Of a stretch of 64,000 bases of DNA, positions 23,958 through 34,938 are shown piece after piece (the stretch's first letter is position 1; each line of letters begins with the position of its first letter). A program made the position numbers and the translations under genes. Source of the stretch: Schizosaccharomyces osmophilus (lineage: Eukaryota); NCBI RefSeq assembly GCF_027921745.1, contig NC_079240.1, forward strand, positions 744,001 through 808,000. Direction: 5' to 3'. The notes under the pieces are model-generated. The model saw only the letters and a program-made list of their open reading frames with translations, ran no database searches and was not told where the DNA came from.

Positions 23958-26900
23958 ATGACTTCTGTAAATAAAACGCCTTCACCAGCACCTGAAGGTG
24001 CTGAATTGACTGGTCTTCATTCAAACAACCAACAGACCGCAACTTCTATCGGTAATAGATCGCTTAAAGGTCATTACGGTCCCCATCCTCATCAGGATCA
24101 TCCTTCCGCTTATTTGGCAGCCAAGACAGGGTTCTCTTCACGAGCTGTACCAGCTAATTTACGTTATGATCAATCTAATCAACATTTTCGAAATGGAAAT
24201 GACCATTCTACTGTCTCTAACGGTCCAGATTCGTCAAGGTTTCAATATGTTGCTGCCGGTGCCAATCGAGCAACTGGACATCACTCAGGTGCCGTGGAAA
24301 ATCCTACCGCTGATTCTAGTACGATAAATACTTCAGTTTCTTACGGCTACCACCCTCATCCTCATGCCGGCAAAGCCGCTCAGTCTGCGCATGTTCTCAA
24401 ACCCACAGATACGTCAGAAGGCAGACCTAATGAAAATGTTCATGAATATGAGCAACAACGCAAGCCATTGCAATTTCCTGTCGGCCCAGTATTCGCTGGT
24501 TCTGCTCAACAGCCTACTGGCTCCGAACCGCACTCTTCCAACGAACATGATGAAGATTCTTCTCGCAAAGTTCGTCTTGCCTCTCAGCTAGCTAAGCATT
24601 CTGCAACCTTCGCCCATCAAGCCCCAGAACCGCAGTCGGCGGCTGATTCTGCACTCCCTCATCGTATGGCAGCTTCTCAACTGGTTCATAATCTTTCAGT
24701 ACAGGGCTCTTCTTCTTTAGAACCACAAGAGGCTTCTCAAGAAACTCCTTCTTCTGCAAATGCTAACTCTCTGGCTGCTGCCTCTTATGCCGCCGCCCAT
24801 GCGAGATATGATGAATCATCACCTACTGCAGATCAGCAGAAATCACCCAACGATAATGATAAATACAAAAGAATTCGCAATATGAATTTTATTTCCGCAT
24901 CCGGTGACAACGTTTTACGTGATCATACAGGACAAGAAGATAATGATGATGCTTTTGCTGGCTTCTCCAGAAGTGATCTTTTGAATAATGCACAAGGTTA
25001 CCAAGGTTCACGAGCTTCCACATCAATAAACACCAAGAATGTAGGCAGTGAACGTCCAACGAAGCCAATTTATTATACTCCCAGTTCTGCTGCAATCAAT
25101 ACTCAGCATCAGCAAAAGCCAGAGGAAGGACCATCATATGATTTCAGTGCTGCATCTGCTGCTCTTCGTCGTCATCGTAGCATGAATGCAAATACATCCC
25201 GTAATCAGACTTTTGAAAGCCAAGAGGATGCAAGGGCTCGTGCTTTGATCCGACAAATGCGACTTCCAACGAGAAGCACGATTTCAACAAATAATTTGAG
25301 ACGTGAACCAAGTTATTCAAATAATTTTGAACGAGATCAAATTCAGGATGAAGCTGTTCAACGTGTTCGTGATATGAACTTGAATCTTTCAAAAATCCAG
25401 AACAGGACAGATTCTCAAATTCGTGCTTACCGTCCTAGATCTTCTCAAAATCTAGGTAATCCCTATGGTGCAACTGATCAACCTCATTTCTCTAATAGGG
25501 ATGCAGATAGTAAGTATACACCCCATAATCAGAGAAGATATTCACAAGTCAATCAATTCTCTTATGTTGATGGTGAATTCTCCTCGAATGATGACGGCTC
25601 ATATGGTGTGAGTCCTGTAGAGACACGAGCAGCTGCCCAGCAAAGCAGTAGAGGACCTTTAGCTGCCACCTACTCCGTTCCTGGGCGGGCAAGTATTGCT
25701 TCGAATGATGGAGACGTCGAAAACTTACATAAGAGACTTTCTAGAGCTTATATTGATCATGAACGTGAAGAAACTTATGCCATTGATCTTGGCGCCGGCC
25801 GTCTAATATCTCCGGAAGAGTTGGAGGCAATTGCGAGACGTAATGTGGATCCTATGGTTTCTGAGCTAGCTGAACGTGCTGCGCAGGAAAATCAGAGAAA
25901 ACAGCAGGCAATTGAGGCCAAGGCTGCTAAAAAGCAAGCCAAAGAAGAAAAGAAACAACGAAAGAGAGATGAAAAGATGCGTAAGGCAGAAGAGAAACGC
26001 CTCGCTAAAGAAAGAGCCAAATTTGCTAAGCAGATGTCTAAGGATGCTGGAAAAACCGACAAAGTAGCCCCTGTTCCTATAACAGATCATGAGCAAGACA
26101 GTACTACCTCTTCGGAAGTATCTTATGATGATCAAGAACAAACAGATCAGTCATTTGACCCTGCTGCCCAAGAATATTTAATCCAACAAACTGACATACT
26201 GAATGCTACAAAGCAACAGGAAACGTATCGTGGTGATAGAGAAGCAGAGGAAGATGAATATCAACCTAGAGGTGCGGAACTTTCTGGTGCAAACGACCAT
26301 AATCTGGGTGTTCCTAGTCACTATCTTCATGATGAAGAAATTGGTGGAGCGTTAAGCGAAGGTGAAGGGAACGAAGTAGACGGTATTGAGAGATCCCGCT
26401 TTCCTACTGTCGACGGTAATGGAAAGAGTTTACAGGAAACCAATGATACTATTCCCAGGGCGTCTTCTCCTGGTCGATACGCCGACCTGGATCGTTACCC
26501 CGTTGTTCAAGAGACGGTGATCTTACCTGATGGTCAAGAAAGATTAATAATCCCGAACAATGATGAATCAGCTGGAACGAACGGCTACAATCTTTCTGAA
26601 TATAAAAGTGACAGTCCGCAAAAAGATGAGGATGATGAGGATGATTTGGATGAAAACGATAAAATATTCAACAAAGCTTCACCAAAGTCTCCGGTTGCTT
26701 GGTTAAGAAAGAAGTTAAAAGATCAAAAGGACAAAGCCGCTGTGAAGCGTATGCTGGAGGAAGACTCTTTTAAGAAACAATCTGATGATGAAAGGGTTTA
26801 TGGAAATGACCTGCAAGGTGATGGACCACCTGCTGCTAATGGTTTCATCAAGCATGAACAACGACCCCAAGTAGTTGAAACTCACTATGAGCCGGGTTTG

Positions 26901-27164
26901 GTTACAGAGAAGACAGGAGAAGAAGTGCCGGATCTTGTGGATGCACAGCCTCATGTCAACATCTCCTCAATTCCTCGAAAAAACGATAATCTTGGAGAAG
27001 TACTGGATGAAACGTATGTCTCAAAGGTTGATGCAATTCCAGGCGGACTCGAGGACTTTGAGCCGAAGAAAGCAAAAGCAGTGAATGGGAATGGGCAACT
27101 GATAAATCACTTCCCTGAGCCGAGTAAAGACCCCATTGGAGCCGCATTTCATGAAGACTTGTAA
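23958..27164 (+). CDS. eis1: Eisosome-associated Eis1-like conserved fungal protein, about 1068 aa
   Basis: Long low-complexity ORF containing IDLGAGRLISPEELEAIARRNVDPMVSELAERA followed by a K/E-rich coiled coil; symbol from recalled synteny with SPCC63.14. Confidence 0.75.
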   Translation: MTSVNKTPSPAPEGAELTGLHSNNQQTATSIGNRSLKGHYGPHPHQDHPSAYLAAKTGFSSRAVPANLRYDQSNQHFRNGNDHSTVSNGPDSSRFQYVAAGANRATGHHSGAVENPTADSSTINTSVSYGYHPHPHAGKAAQSAHVLKPTDTSEGRPNENVHEYEQQRKPLQFPVGPVFAGSAQQPTGSEPHSSNEHDEDSSRKVRLASQLAKHSATFAHQAPEPQSAADSALPHRMAASQLVHNLSVQGSSSLEPQEASQETPSSANANSLAAASYAAAHARYDESSPTADQQKSPNDNDKYKRIRNMNFISASGDNVLRDHTGQEDNDDAFAGFSRSDLLNNAQGYQGSRASTSINTKNVGSERPTKPIYYTPSSAAINTQHQQKPEEGPSYDFSAASAALRRHRSMNANTSRNQTFESQEDARARALIRQMRLPTRSTISTNNLRREPSYSNNFERDQIQDEAVQRVRDMNLNLSKIQNRTDSQIRAYRPRSSQNLGNPYGATDQPHFSNRDADSKYTPHNQRRYSQVNQFSYVDGEFSSNDDGSYGVSPVETRAAAQQSSRGPLAATYSVPGRASIASNDGDVENLHKRLSRAYIDHEREETYAIDLGAGRLISPEELEAIARRNVDPMVSELAERAAQENQRKQQAIEAKAAKKQAKEEKKQRKRDEKMRKAEEKRLAKERAKFAKQMSKDAGKTDKVAPVPITDHEQDSTTSSEVSYDDQEQTDQSFDPAAQEYLIQQTDILNATKQQETYRGDREAEEDEYQPRGAELSGANDHNLGVPSHYLHDEEIGGALSEGEGNEVDGIERSRFPTVDGNGKSLQETNDTIPRASSPGRYADLDRYPVVQETVILPDGQERLIIPNNDESAGTNGYNLSEYKSDSPQKDEDDEDDLDENDKIFNKASPKSPVAWLRKKLKDQKDKAAVKRMLEEDSFKKQSDDERVYGNDLQGDGPPAANGFIKHEQRPQVVETHYEPGLVTEKTGEEVPDLVDAQPHVNISSIPRKNDNLGEVLDETYVSKVDAIPGGLEDFEPKKAKAVNGNGQLINHFPEPSKDPIGAAFHEDL

Positions 27165-28838
27165 TAAGAGGGAATTAAGGTATCAGGGTTGACTAGCTGG
27201 TATTGGGGTTGATTAAATTTCTTGAATTTTACCCATGACATGGAGTTTTTGATTGATACGATAAAGTAAGAAGAACGTATTATTTTAAGAAATTTCGACT
27301 TAATGTTTTCGTTTATTGTTGAAACATTAATCTTCTGCTAAAGCTGTCGCTCACGATTTTTTGGTGAAAGAATGAAATAACAAATCGGTATAGTGCGAGT
27401 ACATTTAATGATGTATGAAAGTTAAGAAAAGGAGACGCCAGACGTGTTCTGAAAAGAAAGGCTGTCGGCGAACCGAACTTGTCCTATGTTATTTATTGTT
27501 TGAAATTAATTAGTTTTATATTATTAGGAAAAGAATGTGTGTTTGGCACGCATATGTCGGTTTAGTATTTATATTTTGTTTATTATTAATGTTATAAGAT
27601 GGATTTTGTATTAGAGATTGGTGTGTTATAACTGATTAAGTAAACTAACAGTTAACTAAAATATCGTGAGTAGATGAGGATATCGTAGATACACTGTACT
27701 GACTGGATTATGTCTTCACAATGAAATCATTTAAGCATTTCTGAGCAGATCATACGAGACATTCCAGATGGATGGAAACTGTGAATCGACCAAATATGCA
27801 AAATTGAAACAGGTTTTTCACATGAAGAGCAGGTTATTAACATACAACTAATTAGTATGGTTTCAATATTTCAGCGAGGAAAAAGGACAGACGAAGGGGT
27901 TTATTCAGGTTAAGCTTTTATTTCCTCTTGGCTTATTTTGTCTCAAATTCTTTTCGTTTTGTTTACTTTTGGGATAGGTCCAAACAGTTAATGATCCACG
28001 AGTTTGTATGAAAATTACACTAGCTTATATGTAAGTTTGACCAGACAGGTCATGGTTCTGTTTCTATCAATTACAAGGACGCATTAAATCCTACCCGTAT
28101 ACCAGCCAGACTATGAGAAGATAATAGTTTATGTTTTGGGAAAGCATTCTTGAGTAACACTTACAGTAACAACCATGAGGACAATATTACAAGATTAATT
28201 TACCAACCTTCGCAAGGTTGACCTCTCCGGGGGAAGTCTGACAAATTATGATATCATATACGTAAAGCATTTTCGAAAGATGTTTATATATGTTCCTTTT
28301 ACCAAACACCAAGTGAAAAGAGCGACAAGTGGGTAGGCTCTAAAACTCACAATATCGCGTTACTCAAAAAAAAAACAAGAAAAAAACTAGTTGAACATAA
28401 GACCAGGACCCCTTTTAAGAGCTGCTGTAGTAGTTTTTTGGTGATTCACGAATCATCCCAGATAATTTACGTGGTTAAAGACAAGTGCTTTTGAAAGCAA
28501 GGTCGGTCATTTGATATCTCTTTCGTTGTTTGCGTGTCATCTTATTTTTTAAGATACTCCTTCGTTCGATTTTTGCAAGACAAGTCATCATTTGAAAATT
28601 TCGAGTCTCAGATCTTGGATTATTTTACCCATCTTTACTGAACAAATCAGGAATAGGTTTTTATATAATTTTTTCTCTTGTAAATAAGCATTAAATAGTG
28701 TGGAAACGAATTTTTTTATGCTATTACATTAATAGTCTCCACATTTTTTTGATTCCTATTTTTAATACTCTGAGATATATTTGGATTTCTTGATAGTTTC
28801 ATTTTAATACTCTACCAATTCCTTAATTTTTTGACATA

Positions 28839-29708
28839 ATGGTTGAACGTGTTCCTTCGATGCCCAGTCGTCCCCGCTACTGGGCTTACCTTTTGTTTTT
28901 ATTACCCCTTGTTTGCTTTTTAATGTGGACAATCGGTTTGATTGTCCTTTTGGGTCTTTGGAGTGCTCAAGATAAATGGCATACTCCTGGTGAACCCGAT
29001 CCTGTATTTATTAGTGATATGGGTGCATATACCAAAGGATTTTTCATTCCCATGTGCGTTATCACTGGTGCTTCTTATCTTCTAAGTTTCCTCGCCATTC
29101 GTCTTTGCAGACAATGGCGATTTTTATATCCGACCACGAATAAGATCGAGGCCATCCTTGGTTGGTTTGCTGTATTAACAGCTGCTGGTTGTGCCGCTTG
29201 TTTAATCTCCTTGGCAATTCGTGATGATGTGCATCACGATAATATTCACTGGAAGTTCACTGCAGCTTTTGTTGTGTTGGCTTTTGTTTCTGCCGCTAGT
29301 AATATTTTCGAGTGGCTCTCTGCTCACCGCCATTATCGCTTTAGCAGGTTATTGGCTTTCTCATTTTGGTCAAAATTTATAGTCATTATTACGGCTATCG
29401 TTTGTGCCATTGCATTTGCTGGTTTGCGTCACTATCAGAATCGCTCCAAATCAGCTAGATTTGAGTGGGTTGTTGGATTTTTATGGGCTCTTTACATTGC
29501 TTTGTTGTGTTTGGACGTACTTCCAGCCATTTATCATGAACGTTATCCAAGCTATTCGGGTGACTTGGAGAAGGGTGGTTATGGTACTCAGCAACCTGGT
29601 GCTGCTGAACAACCTGGTACTACTGAACAGCCAGGCGCTGCTTATGCACCTCCTTCTGAGCCTCCAGCGGCCGTTACTCGAAACGAAGCTGATCCCACTG
29701 AGCTTTAA
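28839..29708 (+). CDS. sfk1: Frag1/DRAM/Sfk1 family plasma membrane protein
   Basis: About 6 TM segments; PVFISDMGA, HDNIHWKF and FEWVVGF motifs. Confidence 0.87.
   Translation: MVERVPSMPSRPRYWAYLLFLLPLVCFLMWTIGLIVLLGLWSAQDKWHTPGEPDPVFISDMGAYTKGFFIPMCVITGASYLLSFLAIRLCRQWRFLYPTTNKIEAILGWFAVLTAAGCAACLISLAIRDDVHHDNIHWKFTAAFVVLAFVSAASNIFEWLSAHRHYRFSRLLAFSFWSKFIVIITAIVCAIAFAGLRHYQNRSKSARFEWVVGFLWALYIALLCLDVLPAIYHERYPSYSGDLEKGGYGTQQPGAAEQPGTTEQPGAAYAPPSEPPAAVTRNEADPTEL
29589..29642 (+). repeat. Three imperfect 18-bp in-frame tandem repeats encoding (Q/E)QPG(AA/TT)
   Basis: cagcaacctggtgctgct / gaacaacctggtactact / gaacagccaggcgctgct. Confidence 0.85.
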
Positions 29709-30271
29709 TTTTCTGACTTATAACTACATTTCCTTGAATTTTAGCAGCTGGTGGCTGCAGGGTATTATAATTTATATACCCAATCAACTCATAGGTTGTT
29801 AACGGTTGTTAACAACTATTATGAACGCACTGTACACTGTTGCTGGGTTGGCAATAGTAATCAAAGTCCCTTTGGTAAAAATTTTTATGGTGAGACAAAC
29901 TGCTTGTCTCTTTTCATTCATGTGCCATTTAATACACCTTACTATTTGTTCCTTTGTCAAAAAAGATAAAAATTCGTTACTTCAACAAAAGCACTTTTTT
30001 CCTTCTCAATTTACTTTTTACAGTTTACGAAGATACTGTTACTGATTATAATCGTTCATAATATTTCAATTTGAAAATTTTGTTTTTAAACATTTGTTTA
30101 CCAATTTTATTTATATCATTCTATCATGCTACAATTTAGCGAAACGAAAAGCATTATGTTCAAGGAAGTAATGTACTATCTTAAAATTTGCTATATCGGT
30201 TTAGCAAAGTAGAACGTACAAAACATATAGATATGCAGAAAACAACTTCGTCTTTCACCAAAAATCGCTTT

Positions 30272-32648
30272 ATGGCACCAATTGCAGAAAGGACTCGGTA
30301 AGTTCGTTTGAAAGCAAGAAATTTACTAATGCAACAGATTTGGCCTAAAAAAGAGCATTGAGCCCGTCTATAGCGGTGGCCCTATTGGCTTCGCTTCAAA
30401 TGAAAAAATCCTAGTCACCAGTTTAGGTGATCGGATTGTGGGTAGTAATGGAGAGACTGGAGAAAAAATCTTTTCTCTTAGTAAGGATGAAGATGATTAC
30501 GTTACTTCCATAATTATGACTAGCGATGCTAGCAGGTTGGTGGTTGCTTTTAGGTCGCGCTTGGTTATAATATTCGAAATCCCTTCAGGAAAACGCTTAA
30601 AGTCATTCAAAGCACATGAGACACCAGTAATTACGATGACCATTGATCCAACAAATAGCGTCTTGGCTACAGGCGGAGCTGAAGGTCTTGTAAAGGTATG
30701 GGACTTGGCAGGCGGATATACAACACACGTTCTCCGCGGACATGGCGGTATTGTCAGTGCACTTTGTTTTGGAAAATATCAAGGGAAATGGGTACTGGCA
30801 AGCGGTGCTGACGACACGCGAGTACGTCTTTGGGATTTGAATACCAGTCGGTCAATAGCTGCATTTGAAGGTCATAGCAGTGTGATTCGAGGTCTTACAT
30901 TTGATGAATCTGGATCATTCGTATTGAGCGGTTCGCGAGACAAGACCGTCCAAGTATGGGATCTGAAAAAGCGATCTGCTGTTCGCACGATACCTGTGTT
31001 GCATGGTGTTGAATCCCTTGGATGGGTCAATCATCCTGAAAAAAATGAAAAAGTACTTTATACGGCAGGTGAGGGAAACCTTATCTTAGCGTGGGATTGG
31101 AAAACCGGGGCTCGTTTTAATCCCGATATCCAAATTGTCCCTAATGAAAACAATGCTATTATCCAGGTTGTTTCTATAGACGAGAATTCACTTTTAACTG
31201 TACATTCGGATTTGAGCATGCTTGTACAAACTTTGTCTATTGACAATGGATTTCTGGTTCAAAAGAAGCTTCATGGTTCTTTTGATGAAGTCATTGACTG
31301 TGCTTGGATTGGCGATGATCATTTGGCAATTGCATCCAATACTGAATATATCGATATAATTTCCGCTGATGGGACACAAGTTCATGGTGTTTTATCTGGT
31401 CATACTGATATCGTCCTCGCAATGCACGCTTCTGAAGATGGCGTTTGGATGGCAACGGGTGCTAAAGATAATACTACACGATTGTGGAATCTAGACGTTG
31501 AAAATAATAAATTTACCTGTGTGCGTGTTTTTACCGGTCATACAGCTAGTGTGACAGCTGTCGCTTTGGGTCCATTGGACGCTCAGGGTTTTCCTTCATT
31601 CCTTATATCTGCTTCCCAAGATCGAACGTTGAAGCGTTATGATTTGGGTTCTTCATTGGCTAATTCTGAAATTCAAGGTAGAGCTGTTTGGACGATTAAA
31701 GCACATGACCGCGATATTAATGCTGTCCAAGTATCTGCTGATGGACGTATCGTTGCTACGGTCAGTCAAGACAAATTAATCAAGTTGTGGGATGCATCCC
31801 TTGGTGAAGTTATAGGAGTGTTGCGTGGCCATCGTAGAGGTGTCTGGGCTTGTGTGTTCAACCCTTATAGCCGTCAATTAGCTAGTGGCAGTGGTGATCG
31901 AACAGTTCGTGTATGGAGTATGGATGAGCAACAATGTCTTCATACATTAGAAGGACACACTGGTGCTGTCTTAAAGCTGGCTTACATATCAAGAGGCACA
32001 CAGCTTGTTAGTGCTGCTGCCGACGGTCTTGTAAAAGTCTGGTCTATATCATCGGGTGAATGTGTTGCAACATTGGATAACCATGAGGACAGAGTTTGGG
32101 CTGTCGCAGTTCGTGACGATGGAGCACGTATAGTGTCTGGTGGTGCCGATGCCGTCGTAAGCGTTTGGCAGGACGTCACAGAAGAGCATGCTGCTGAGGA
32201 AGCTGAGGAACTCGAACGTCGTATCGAGGCCGAACAATCACTTTCTAATTATGAAAAGGCTGAAGATTGGCGAAATGCTATTGCATTGGCGTTGTCATTG
32301 GATCGACCTCTCGGTTTACTACGCCTTTTCGAACGAGTTATGAATTCTCCTCATCAAAAAGGAAGCATTACAGGGAACGTTGATGTGGATAAAGTTGTGT
32401 CGGATCTAAACGACAATCAGTTAACAACATTGTTTCAACGCATTCGTGACTGGAATGTGAATAATAAAACTAGCATGGTTGCACAAAGGCTGCTACGTTT
32501 AGTTTTGCACGCTTACCCCGTTAAACATCTGTTGAAGATTCCAGGAATAAAAGGAATCTTCGATAGTATGTTTCCATATACTCAGCGTCATCTAACAAGA
32601 ATTAATGATTTGTTGGAAGAATCCTATATTGTTGATTATGTTATGTAA
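30272..32648 (+). CDS. utp13: U3 snoRNP WD40 protein Utp13; exons 30272-30297, 30338-32648
   Basis: Many WD repeats ([16 protein letters not shown]); C-terminal Utp13 domain ([18 protein letters not shown]); 40-nt intron GTAAGT..TACTAAT..CAG. Confidence 0.93.
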
Positions 32649-32833
32649 ATTAAAACAGAACTTTTTAATTATAAGTTAGTACTTCCGGTACTTAACTATT
32701 TTTAGAGATCAATTTTTAGCTATTGATTATTCTATGTTTCAAAATTGGGTTAAATAAAAATTGGGTCTATTTTTTTTGGAAAACTTGCAACAAAGCAATT
32801 GTAGCCTTTTTTAACAGTAGCCATAGTAATAAA

Positions 32834-34593
32834 TTAGATACCCTCGAAATTTAGGAAACCAGACATGAGAAGGATACGATAATATTTTTTCTTGGAAATC
32901 TCGTTTGTCCAATTCCAAGCGCTGGTTAGACGACCGTCAATACAGCTGCCAGCGTCGTACCAATTATCAGCTCCGCGTCCATCGAATGCATGTTTAAAGA
33001 AATCCAGTAGTAAAGTTTGCTGTAAGCCTCTAATGCTCCCATATTCTTCTTCGATGTACTGTACCAAGAAGGGATCCCTCAAATATTCTAACTGCTGCAA
33101 AGCCTTAACAAGTGGTGTTAAAATGTGAGGAACTTGACGGTATTTGTCAATAAACATTAAAGCATTAGGAACGGCACGATCACCCAAATGAACAGCAGAA
33201 CTACCAATCCAAGGTAAATCCTGCTCATGCTGCACTCCGGACAATATTTTATGAACCGTCGCGCGTAGCAAAGGGCATGCTTGAACACGGTTAAGACCCT
33301 GTCCTGTATCCGAAATGAAATATCTCGTATCTTTGTCAACAAGAGATGCATCACTTTGAAGCCATAGCAAAAACATTTGGTCCATCATACAAGACCAAAA
33401 TTGCAGACTTTGGTGAACATAAAAGAATTGCGTCCGATGGTCATGTGTTAAACGAGCACCATTCATAAAACCAATTTTTAAGTTTCCGCCTTTCTTTGAA
33501 TCTTGTGGTGAGAAAAAGTCATGCAAATAAGAATCCATTTTTTCAACAGGAACCCGATTAGCCATCAGAAACGATTCATGGTCGGCTAACGAAACCAAAC
33601 AATCTTCCAAAATACTCTTTTTGTCATCATTTCCTTTCGCGTATTTTTTTAGCAATGCATCACTGCTTTTTTTTCGTTCTTCATTTATTTTAGATCGTAA
33701 TGAAGCACCAGCATATGGATCTATTTGTTGGAGAGTAGAATCTAGTAGCTGTTTTTCAGACAAAATATCTAATAAATTATTCTCCTCTAGTACACGAAAA
33801 ACGGTTTTTATGGGGATGTAAAAGTCAAAGCCCATTTGAATACAGACATCAGGTATCATGGAATCTTGGCACATGTACATCATAGCACCATAAGTAGTAC
33901 GCATTTTTTCAGGATTCATAATTTTATATCGCCGTCCTATTTCAAATATGGATTTGAAGAAATCTGCATTCGTTGCATGGTCCTTTCCTTGCAGCAGACT
34001 TCGACCAAGTTTAATGTCCATTGCAACAACTAAGCCAGTCAATATGCTACACATTTCTGATAGGTAAGTCACCATCAGTTTTGTCCTCGACGTATAGGAT
34101 ATAATGTCAACACGGTCGGTATACTCGATAACATTTAGCCTGAATGTTAGAATGATTCACAGAACATAAAAAAGGATGAAAAAGTAACGGAACAGCACGC
34201 CTTTGCCGGTCGAAAACAAATGATAGATTAAGCCTTTTGTTGAGTACTTTCGTCAAATGTTTTTACAAGCTCAGAGCAAAGCAAAGGAAATATCAAGACC
34301 AAATAAAAACTTCATAATTAAATATCTCAATTGAATAATCGAATTGGCTTAATCTAAGCACTTTGGCAACGCGATTTATTTTCGTTCAGGACCTTTGCTG
34401 TTTCTTAAAATAATGTAACTTACGCTGCTTCTAATAAACCCAGAATACGCCGTTCATCTTCGTTTAAACGTACAGGGACAAATTTGGATTTTTCAACCCA
34501 GCTTTTTGTGAATAATCCGGTTTTTGACATGGTGGTATTGATCGAGTTGTGCAGCACCAAGTGCATACACTTCACCAAATCCTTTGAATCCAT
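32834..34593 (-). CDS. DUF2009/UPF0652 family conserved protein; exons 34593-34424, 34139-32834 (alternative ATG at 34530)
   Basis: FVPVRL..ER..L.LLEAA|LNVIEYTDRVDI across a 284-nt intron; FEIGRRYKIMNPEKMRTTYG, GARLTHDH and AGSCIDGRLTSAWNW motifs. Confidence 0.87.
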
Positions 34594-34938
34594 AATTCTT
34601 CGTTTTTGCTAAAATAAAAGTGAGGTTAAAGGCTTTTCAAGCTCAATTTTGCGTATTCTTTAAAAACGATTGTCAATTATTCGAGTTTATTGATTTATTA
34701 AGGATCGTGCATGTTGACTTGTGATTTCGGTGACGCTTTAAATCCAAATTGCTTTCTTTGAAAGAAAATATTTCTTGTAGGATTCCAAAAAGATATTTGA
34801 AAGTTCATTCCTTTCCATCTTTGGACCTTTGACGGAATTGTGTCCAATATTTTGATCTTTACCACCCTTTTCTCTTAGACATGCAATAATTTGTTATGAT
34901 AAGTCTGTGAGTCGATTCTGTTAATTGTGCCCCTACTT

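Noticed and set aside
27165..28838. 1.7-kb gap between eis1 and sfk1 as a possible solo LTR or ncRNA
   Set aside because: No TG..CA element with a target-site duplication and no supportable structured RNA; consistent with UTRs and promoter.
34140..34423. TPP riboswitch, hammerhead ribozyme or C/D snoRNA identity for the structured intron
   Set aside because: Only fragments (TGAGA, CTGA, CGAAA) are present, without the required order and conserved cores.
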